Below, piece by piece: positions 33,075 to 40,000 of a stretch of 40,000 bases of DNA (position 1 is the first letter of the stretch; each line of letters opens with the position of its first letter). The notes below the pieces were generated by a model that did no database searches, was not told the DNA's origin, and saw only the letters and a list, made by a program, of their open reading frames with translations. This DNA comes from Marinobacterium mangrovicola. Its GTDB lineage: Bacteria > Pseudomonadota > Gammaproteobacteria > Pseudomonadales > Balneatricaceae. The position numbers were made by a program, and so were the translations under genes. The DNA lies in assembly GCF_004339595.1 (NCBI RefSeq), contig NZ_SMFU01000007.1, positions 578,658 through 618,657 on the forward strand, read 5' to 3'.

Positions 33075-34616
33075 TCATTCTGTTGTTGCCGTAAGGGACA
33101 GGTTGTCGTTCGCTTTTTCATCTGATGAGTTCTTTGAGGCGGAACAAAGCACGCATTGGGTCGGGTCGGCACTGGCGGGCGCTTCGATCACTCGCAGGCC
33201 TTCGTCGATCAGATGCTGACTATCTGCGGGCCGATGCTGCGCAGCGCCGATAACCAGGTGGGTCTGACGCCAGTTACCCCAGAGGTAATAGGCCATGGCC
33301 ATCAGCATGGTGGCGATAAACGCGGCCGGAAAACTCCACCAGATCGCATCGCTGCCCAGCGTGGGTTGCAGCAGGTGAATCGCACCGAGCCGGACCGGAT
33401 AGAGTGCAACGGCCAGAATCACCATGGGCCAGATCACCTGGCCGGCTGCGCGTACGGTGCCAAACAGCACATGGCTGATGCCAAAGGCGATAAAGCCCCA
33501 GGTGGCCACCTGAAATATATGGATGGCGATCTCCATGGCGTCGCCGGAATCGGTCAGGAAGATGCCCAGTGCCCAGCGGTCGAGCCAGGACAGCAGCAGT
33601 ATCAGGCCGCCAGTGAGGAGAAAGTTATAGCCGATGCCAACGCGGGTAATCCGTTTAACCCGGTCCAGCCGCCCGGCGCCGATATTCTGCGCGGCCATGG
33701 CAGATACCGCACCGGCCAGTGCCATGGCGGGCATCTGTACGTAAGTCCAGAGCTGTTGGGTGGCGCCGAAGGCGGCGATGGTATTCACGCCTTCGCCGTT
33801 GATGATCCGCAGCACCGTCAGGGCAGCCGTGGTGACGATAATCATCTGCAGGCCGATCGGCACACCCTTGGTCACCATCACTTTCAGCAGTTGTGGATCC
33901 GGGCGTAGCCAGCGCAGTTCTTCACCGCGCAGCCTCAGCGGCAGATCCTTGCGATAGATGTAGACCACCATGGCCGCCAGGCTGATGTAGTTTGACGCCG
34001 CCAATGCGAGGGCCGATCCACCGATACCGAAAGCCGGTAGCGGGCCGAGGCCGAGAATGAACACCGGGTTGAGCAGGGTGGCCAGAATCACCGCCAGCAA
34101 CATGAATCTCAGCGGCGTGTTGGCATCGCCGGAGCCACGCAGCGCCATCATCAGGATTGTCTGCAGCAGAACGGCGGGCAGGCCGACAAAGGTGAGCTTG
34201 AGGTAATCGCGCGCCAGTTCGATGATCTCTGGCGCGGTGCCAAGCAGCTGCAACAGGTAGGGCGCGGTGAAGTAACCGACGACAGCCAGTGCCAGCACAG
34301 CCGGTACAAAGCTGCCGGCGGTGGTGCCCACTACGCGACGTGCCTGGGCGAGATTACCCGCACCAATCGACTGGCCAATGAGGATGGTCGCCGCCATGCC
34401 AAAGCCGAAAACAAAGCTGGTCATGATAAACATCACCAGATTGCCGTTGGTGGTGGCCGCCAGTGAAGCTTCGCCCAGCAGATTACCGACCCAGGCGCTG
34501 TCGATGGAGCCGCCTGCCGACTGCAGCATGGAGCTGGCCAGTGTCGGGATGGCAAAGAGGATCAGCTGGCGCGGAATCGATCCGGCGGTGAGGCGGTTGG
34601 TGTTAGTCTCAGGCAT
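33075..34616 (-). CDS. MATE-family multidrug efflux transporter
   Basis: About 513 aa with 12 TM helices. The N-terminus (IPRQLILFAIPTLASSMLQS) is typical of NorM/MATE proteins. Confidence 0.85.
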   Translation of the reverse strand: MPETNTNRLTAGSIPRQLILFAIPTLASSMLQSAGGSIDSAWVGNLLGEASLAATTNGNLVMFIMTSFVFGFGMAATILIGQSIGAGNLAQARRVVGTTAGSFVPAVLALAVVGYFTAPYLLQLLGTAPEIIELARDYLKLTFVGLPAVLLQTILMMALRGSGDANTPLRFMLLAVILATLLNPVFILGLGPLPAFGIGGSALALAASNYISLAAMVVYIYRKDLPLRLRGEELRWLRPDPQLLKVMVTKGVPIGLQMIIVTTAALTVLRIINGEGVNTIAAFGATQQLWTYVQMPAMALAGAVSAMAAQNIGAGRLDRVKRITRVGIGYNFLLTGGLILLLSWLDRWALGIFLTDSGDAMEIAIHIFQVATWGFIAFGISHVLFGTVRAAGQVIWPMVILAVALYPVRLGAIHLLQPTLGSDAIWWSFPAAFIATMLMAMAYYLWGNWRQTHLVIGAAQHRPADSQHLIDEGLRVIEAPASADPTQCVLCSASKNSSDEKANDNLSLTATTE

Positions 34617-34626
34617 AGTTGCTCCG

Positions 34627-35778
34627 TTACGCCTGTTTCTCTGCGGCGGACTGGCGCAGTTTGTCGAGATAACGCCGGTCATCCATGGTGGAGAGAACCA
34701 CTGCCACTAGCATGCCGATACCGGCGCCGATCACCGTATCCAGCACCCGTTCCGGCACCAGGGTTTCGCTCGGGATCCAGGGCGCAGCTAAGTGGGTCAC
34801 CAGCAGCGCGGTAGGTGCTACGAACATCTGTCCAAGCGCGTAATTTTTGCCGATCACCATCTCGGTAACCGTTTGGAACACGCCGATAACGGCGATCAGT
34901 CCCCAGATATTGGGTTCAAACTGCAACACTCCCCAGGCCATCATGGCGCCGATAGTGGTGCCGGCCATACGCTGCATGGCGCGGTTCATGCTGACGTGCA
35001 GATAGGCTCCCTGAGTGACCGCCAGTGCGCCCATTCCTGCCCAGGCAGGGTAGTGGGCATCGAAGCCGTAGCGAACAATAAACATGGCGACCGCGGTGCT
35101 GATAAAGGTGCGTGTCGATGCGATCAGTCGATGGCTCACCGGTGGGGCTGGCGGTACCTTGGGAAAATTCCGCTCGGCGCTGGGCGGATGGCGCAGAAAG
35201 GCTGTGGAGATGCAGATAAACCAGCCCAGCAGAGCAGCGCCACCTGTGACCAGGGTGCGTTCGAGAATGACCTGCTGAGTCACGTCACCACCAATGCAGG
35301 AGCCGGCGGCGAACACAAAAATCAGTGGGCCCGGCGCGCCGTAACGGCCGGTGACACAGATAAACAGGTAGATGCCGCACAGCAAAGCCAGAAGTAGCAG
35401 CAGGCCAGCTTCGGGAAGTCCGGCGAACTTGGCAGAGGAGACGAGCAGTACGGAAAAAGTCTGGATCGCCGCAGCTTGCAGCAGCATACGGTTACGGCCA
35501 GAGCGTGACTCGAAGCGGCCAAACAGCGCGATCAGAGAGCCGATACCGGCAAAACCCACCATATCCGACCAGGGCGACAGGTACACAGCGATCAACGCAA
35601 GCACCGCGGTCAGACCGGTTTGAGCCCCAGCCAGACACTCATTGCGGAAAGAGGGCAGCTTGCCAACATGCACACAGCTTTTGACCTGCTGGCCATGCAG
35701 CAGATGCATGACAGTGCGCAGGAGTCCTATCTCTGCAGTATCGGGTGTTGTGGTCTGTTTTTGGTTGGGCTGGCTCAT
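34627..35778 (-). CDS. FUSC-family (fusaric-acid-resistance / aromatic-acid-exporter-like) membrane protein
   Basis: About 383 aa, polytopic, with Gly/Ala-rich helices resembling the FUSC/YccS N-terminal domain. The start is ATG at 35778 (alternative 35865). Confidence 0.6.
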   Translation of the reverse strand: MSQPNQKQTTTPDTAEIGLLRTVMHLLHGQQVKSCVHVGKLPSFRNECLAGAQTGLTAVLALIAVYLSPWSDMVGFAGIGSLIALFGRFESRSGRNRMLLQAAAIQTFSVLLVSSAKFAGLPEAGLLLLLALLCGIYLFICVTGRYGAPGPLIFVFAAGSCIGGDVTQQVILERTLVTGGAALLGWFICISTAFLRHPPSAERNFPKVPPAPPVSHRLIASTRTFISTAVAMFIVRYGFDAHYPAWAGMGALAVTQGAYLHVSMNRAMQRMAGTTIGAMMAWGVLQFEPNIWGLIAVIGVFQTVTEMVIGKNYALGQMFVAPTALLVTHLAAPWIPSETLVPERVLDTVIGAGIGMLVAVVLSTMDDRRYLDKLRQSAAEKQA

Positions 35779-35905
35779 TGGTTCTGGCTTGTCTCGACGA
35801 AATCTTTGCCCGCATGAGTGCGGTAGGTGACAGGTGTGGCGATCTTTCTCGTCCGGGAGTGGCAAAGCTCTTGTGGAGTGCTTATCCGGATGAGTTAATT
35901 ATCGA

Positions 35906-35931
35906 TCAAATAGTTTGAGTTTCAAATCAAA
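35906..35931. promoter_or_regulatory. Candidate MarR operator: inverted TCAAA/TTTGA pentamers
   Basis: TCAAA-tag-TTTGA-gtt-TCAAA-TCAAA lies in an AT-rich island upstream of the FUSC-MATE-MarR operon. Confidence 0.35.
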
Positions 35932-36240
35932 TTATTGTTCCGTTACTGGAACCTTGTATTTCATAGTTCGGCAGTCAGGTATTTGTAGAACAAAGGTGCT
36001 GGCAGTCGGGGGAACGCTAAGTTTTTGTATTAGCGAGTAATTTTGGATGTTGTGCGGTGTTTGGATAACGTCGGCGAGCGTGCGGGGCGTTGCAGAGAGT
36101 GGCGTCGGGGTGAATGTATAGATTCAACCAGGTCGAGCAGAAAGGCTTTTCAGGCAGGTCTGGCCTGGCTGCAGGCAGACAGATTAATCGGCTGAGCAGG
36201 GGATGCGTTACCACAGCTCAGTGCTGAGCTGCGGTTAGAT

Positions 36241-36272
36241 AAAGCCAAGGCCCGGGTTTACCAGGCCTTGGC
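36241..36272 (-). terminator. Putative terminator hairpin downstream of the COG0523 gene
   Basis: GCCAAGGCC-N10-GGCCTTGGC is a 9-bp perfect stem. On the minus strand it is followed by CTTTATC, a weak U-tract. Confidence 0.5.
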
Positions 36273-36283
36273 GTTCAGAGCGA

Positions 36284-37324
36284 TCACTCTTTGATTTGGC
36301 AGGCGAGCATATCCCGTTCGATCTGTTCCCAGTCCAACTCCCGTGGGCTGATGATCTCGATACGGCTGTCGCGGCGGTAGGCGACTTTATCGAAATCGTG
36401 TTCGTCCTGAACCCGGTTGTAGAACACCCAGGCGGTGCCGATGCGGATTACGCCCTTGATGCGGTTAACGCCTTCCAACCCGTTCAGAATCTCTTCAAGC
36501 GCCCAGTAATCGAAGCAGTCATCGCGGTGGAAGATCCAGCCGCAGCTGAAACGCCCACTGCCGTTACCAATCTTGCGGATCGGCTGGCCAGGCTCGGGCA
36601 GGGCTTCCGGTACATGCGGTGAGTCAGCCTCATGCGCGTGATCATGATCGTGGTTGTGTCCATGGTCGTGCTCGTGCTGATGCGCATTGGGGAACTGTGC
36701 CTTGAACTGGCCATTACGCACCAGGTCCAGCAGGGCGGGTTCGATCACGCCGCGGGTAATCCGACCGATATGCTGCTTGGGCGGGAACATATTGCCCAGA
36801 CTCGTTTCAGCGGTCTCGACCTGGGCAGCTGCTGCCAGGTCGCATTTGTTGATCAACACCACGTCCGCCAGGTTCAGCTGGTCATGGAAGGTTTCATCGT
36901 TGATCACCTCTTCCTGCTCCAGCAGGCGCGGGTCCAGCAAGCAGATGGTCGCGCGCAGGTCGAGCTTATCGGCGAACGCTCGGCTCATCAGAGTATCGAT
37001 AATGCCCTCGGGATGACCGATGCCGGTGGGTTCGATAATCAGGCGGTCGGGATTGGCTTGCTCAATCAGATTCTTCACCGTCATATGCAGCGAAGGGCCC
37101 AGGGCGCAGCAGATGCAGCCGCCGGCCAGTTCCTGAACGTGCAGCCCTTCCTGGTCGGGCATCATCTCCTGGTCGATACCGACCTGACCGAATTCATTTA
37201 CCAGTACCGCCCAGGATTCGCCCTCCGGCTTGTTGGCCAGCAGCGAATTGATCGATGTGGTTTTGCCGACACCAAGGAAGCCGGTAATGATGTTGGTCGG
37301 GATGGCTCTGGGTTGTTCGTTCAT
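36284..37324 (-). CDS. COG0523-family (CobW/YeiR/ZigA-like) zinc-metallochaperone GTPase
   Basis: P-loop GFLGVGKTT, metal-binding GCICC motif, NKCD, and a His-rich stretch HQHEHDHGHNHDHDHAHE. Confidence 0.9.
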   Translation of the reverse strand: MNEQPRAIPTNIITGFLGVGKTTSINSLLANKPEGESWAVLVNEFGQVGIDQEMMPDQEGLHVQELAGGCICCALGPSLHMTVKNLIEQANPDRLIIEPTGIGHPEGIIDTLMSRAFADKLDLRATICLLDPRLLEQEEVINDETFHDQLNLADVVLINKCDLAAAAQVETAETSLGNMFPPKQHIGRITRGVIEPALLDLVRNGQFKAQFPNAHQHEHDHGHNHDHDHAHEADSPHVPEALPEPGQPIRKIGNGSGRFSCGWIFHRDDCFDYWALEEILNGLEGVNRIKGVIRIGTAWVFYNRVQDEHDFDKVAYRRDSRIEIISPRELDWEQIERDMLACQIKE

Positions 37325-37415
37325 AGTGACTCTTCGGTTCTGGAAACAGCTGTGGTGAAACTGTTCGATAAAGCTGGTGCGTAACAGTTGAGAGGTTACG
37401 CGCTCGATTCGGCCG

Positions 37416-37438
37416 GGATGTTACTTTATAACTATTTT
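37416..37438. promoter_or_regulatory. Zur-box-like palindrome upstream of the COG0523 gene
   Basis: GGATGTTACTTTATAACTATTTT contains TGTTA-N5-ATAAC halves. By hand it matches 15 of 23 positions of the GAAATGTTATAATATAACATTTC consensus as I recall it. It lies about 95 bp upstream of the start. Confidence 0.5.
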
Positions 37439-37744
37439 CGTTGCGAGCACTGCGAGGATTGATGTGCGAACTCTGGAGAGGTTCGCACCCTTCACGCGGA
37501 ATAGAATAAAACACTTCGGATCACTGGGCCTGTGCCTCTGCGTCTCGTTCAGAGTTGGCAGCGGCCTGTGGGTCCCGTATTCGCGAAATCGCTAATGTGG
37601 CGAGCTTTTTCGCCCTGAAGTCGCTATCTTTGGATCAGGCTTAGACTAAACGGTTGTTTCAGATACTTGTTTGCCCGCGATCGGTTATCGGGTGTGGGTT
37701 TAACAGGTAACGGCTAGATGGATTGTCTCAAGGAGGGTGGAAAC

Positions 37745-38179
37745 ATGATTCAGGCTAGAAGTTGGTTGCTGGGTGTTTGTGCTGTGTTTCTGGCAGCGTG
37801 CAGCAGTATGGAGGGATCGATGACGGAACAAACTCAGAAAGCTGACAACTCGCTGATGCGGGTGATCACCGGTGAGGTCTGGTATCGCGAGCGCATCGCC
37901 TTACCGCCGGGCGCCGAAGTTCACGTAACGCTCGAAGATCAGTCTCGTATGGACGCGCCTGCCAAGGTCATCACTGACTATACCCATATCGTTGATGGTG
38001 CAGGGCCTTTGACGTTCAGGCTGGTGTATGACCCTTCAGCCATCGATGAGCGTATGCGCTACGGGCTGAGAGCAAAAATCGAATACAACGGTAAGCTGCT
38101 GTTCACCAGCACCGAGCATATCGATCCGTTTGCCGGCGAGCCTGGCGAGCCGGTACGTATTATGGTGGTGAAGCAGTAA
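37745..38179 (+). CDS. YbaY-like lipoprotein
   Basis: Lipobox FLAAC after a signal peptide. The body (ITGEVWYRERIALPPGAEVHVTLEDQSRMDAPAKVI...) resembles the YbaY/YscW-type lipoprotein family. Confidence 0.65.
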   Translation: MIQARSWLLGVCAVFLAACSSMEGSMTEQTQKADNSLMRVITGEVWYRERIALPPGAEVHVTLEDQSRMDAPAKVITDYTHIVDGAGPLTFRLVYDPSAIDERMRYGLRAKIEYNGKLLFTSTEHIDPFAGEPGEPVRIMVVKQ

Positions 38180-38218
38180 TCCGCTACAAAGCTCCAGAGG
38201 CGATGATGCCGAGCTTGG

Positions 38219-38256
38219 ACGCCGTCCCAACTTCTTAGGGGCGGCGTTTTTGTTTT
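38219..38256 (+). terminator. Rho-independent terminator
   Basis: ACGCCGTCCC-AACTTCTTA-GGGGCGGCGT followed by TTTTTGTTTT. Confidence 0.75.
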
Positions 38257-38359
38257 CATCCAACTTTTACCCCATACCTGTAGTATCTTTCACCTGCCCA
38301 GCCGGGCGGGAGCCAGTATCCCGTCCGGTAATTCAAGGATGTCAGACAAGGTAGCCAGA

Positions 38360-38857
38360 ATGAAAACCCTCACAAAGCTTATCCCCGTTGCTTTGCTTGC
38401 GCTCAGCAGTTCTATTCACGCTCAGGAACCGGTAGTGGGTGTTGCCAACCCTGAATCGCTGTTTGTCGATGAGGATCCGCTGCTGCACAAGAACAAGCAG
38501 GCAACGCTGCATATCATGCGCGAGCTGCTGCAGTGCAATCAGTGGGATCGGGCGCGGGAATGGATGACCGAACAGTATATCCAGCACAACCCTAATGCTG
38601 CCTCAGGTGTGGAAGGGGTGGTTTATTACTTCACCCAGGTGTTAAAACGCGAGCCCACGGAAAACTGCGGCGAGCTGAAGACTCCGGTTGTAGCAGTGAT
38701 GGCGGAGGACGATCTGGTCACTGTGATGATGCCGCGTACTTACCCGCACCCGAACAAGGAAGGTGAGACCTACACCACCACCTGGTATGACACCTTCCGC
38801 TTTGTGGATGGCAAGGCCGACGAGCACTGGGATCCGGCGACGATTCCTGCGCCCTGA
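38360..38857 (+). CDS. Secreted SnoaL-like / NTF2-fold protein
   Basis: Signal peptide MKTLTKLIPVALLALSSSIHA. The YIQHNP motif and overall length are typical of SnoaL-like NTF2 proteins. Confidence 0.55.
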   Translation: MKTLTKLIPVALLALSSSIHAQEPVVGVANPESLFVDEDPLLHKNKQATLHIMRELLQCNQWDRAREWMTEQYIQHNPNAASGVEGVVYYFTQVLKREPTENCGELKTPVVAVMAEDDLVTVMMPRTYPHPNKEGETYTTTWYDTFRFVDGKADEHWDPATIPAP

Positions 38858-38968
38858 TTTTTGCTCTCACATCCATTCGGTGAAAGCCTGATCCAGTCAT
38901 CGGGGCAACCTTGAGTAGAGCAGTCTTTGCAAATGTTCTGCTCTGCCAAGGTCGCCTGCATTCTTACT

Positions 38969-39649
38969 TTAGCGGAACAGGTAAAATAGAGTCGCTGAGA
39001 TAATCAGCGCTACAACTACACCCGTACTCAACAGCGCTATACCCGACACCAGGGGTCTTGCAGGCTCAGTGGGGGCGTCACTTTTTTCCGTCGTCTCGTC
39101 GGCAGGCAAAGATTCCGTGAGGCCAATGGCGCGTACATAGGCTTTGATGAACGCATCCATCTCATGCTTTACCTGCTGATCGAATAGCTCGATGTTCTCC
39201 AGCGTGAATGCGCCCAATTCCATCTTCCGTCGCGGATAGCCTTCGTATCGGATATCGAGACCAAAAGTGCCTTTGTAGAGGTAGAGTCCCAGTTTGCAAT
39301 CGGGCAGATTGATCCAGACCCACTCAAGCGCGACGGAGTCGTGATCGGTGATATCACCGTACAGCTTTTTGAATTTATCGCCGATGCCGTAGAGGCGCTC
39401 GATGAATCGTACCAGCCCAGGGCCTTTTGAAATGGTCTTATGGGCGTTGGAGAGCGAGAGTGTGTAGCCATCATCACTGATCGAAAACTTAAAAAAACCA
39501 TCGTCCAGCGAGCAACATATCTCAACATAGTCACTACCGATTTTGACCTGGCCCTTCGTTCGCAACGCGAAGCCTGTCTCGAGACGCTGACCGCTGTGGC
39601 TGGAATGACGATAGTGTTTTTTAAATAGATCCAGATGATTGATATCCAT
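38969..39649 (-). CDS. Hypothetical tail-anchored membrane protein
   Basis: The ORF has a C-terminal TM (VSGIALLSTGVVVALIISATLFYLF). The start is taken at MDINHLD. I do not recognise the family. Confidence 0.45.
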   Translation of the reverse strand: MDINHLDLFKKHYRHSSHSGQRLETGFALRTKGQVKIGSDYVEICCSLDDGFFKFSISDDGYTLSLSNAHKTISKGPGLVRFIERLYGIGDKFKKLYGDITDHDSVALEWVWINLPDCKLGLYLYKGTFGLDIRYEGYPRRKMELGAFTLENIELFDQQVKHEMDAFIKAYVRAIGLTESLPADETTEKSDAPTEPARPLVSGIALLSTGVVVALIISATLFYLFR

Positions 39650-39907
39650 GCCGCTATTCGATGCTTTTTCCTGTAATGGGTAATCAGTTTTTGACAGGCC
39701 CAATGATCTGCTTCTTCTGGAGGATCTGCAATCTAAGCTTCCAGTGAATTCGGTTCAGGACCGGCTCAGAGTGATCCCGCAGAGGTGATTAGCTTTTATC
39801 TTTGAGCCTTGAGCTTCTGCTTGCAACAGAGAGGCAGAGAACCTGTGTCGATGCTGATACGAGGACGACCGCCTCTTGTTGATCATTGTGCTGCGGCTAC
39901 CTCTGCT

Positions 39908-39944
39908 ATTTTTAAGGCTCAACCGGATTTTAAGGCTCAACCGG
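39908..39944. repeat. Tandem direct repeat (2 copies, 18-19 bp)
   Basis: ATTTTTAAGGCTCAACCGG followed by ATTTTAAGGCTCAACCGG. Confidence 0.7.
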
Positions 39945-40000
39945 AGAGTAGGCTGGTTTCTGAATATGATCTACGGGGTTGATTAAGCGTAGAAGTGGAT

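Overview
The window is GC-rich, gammaproteobacterium-like chromosome. Its centre (about 15.46-27.0 kb) is a visibly AT-richer sedentary chromosomal integron. The integron has an apparently intact integron-integrase gene (intI, minus strand), a putative attI site, and at least 16 attC-bounded gene cassettes. All cassette ORFs are on the + strand. One IS3-family element is inserted just behind an attC core, and two cassette genes are broken: a frameshifted YrhB-like gene and a GNAT gene with an in-frame TAA. Cargo is mostly small proteins of unknown function. The most interesting parts are: (i) a translationally coupled zinc-ribbon plus membrane/coiled-coil gene pair in the first, promoter-proximal cassette; (ii) several cassettes resembling orphan polymorphic-toxin immunity proteins (YrhB/Imm35-like, GW..WCGEE type, Imm22-like); (iii) a run of attC sites whose GTT core is mutated; and (iv) a roughly 30-codon relic of a second integron-integrase C-terminus at 29.09-29.18 kb, 13.6 kb beyond the intact intI and in the same orientation. 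The left flank carries a peptide-type ABC importer, a LysR regulator, a DNA-repair-like operon (Cho-like GIY-YIG / DUF3429 / FAN1-like VRR-NUC), an ABC1/UbiB kinase, a diguanylate cyclase, an oxidoreductase and the norspermidine genes (nspC plus carboxynorspermidine dehydrogenase). The right flank carries a CSS-EAL phosphodiesterase, LysR-VOC-GST, a FUSC-MATE-MarR efflux operon, a COG0523 zinc GTPase with a Zur-box-like site, a YbaY-like lipoprotein and a few hypotheticals. All family calls rest on my reading of the translated ORFs and motifs. No database search was run.
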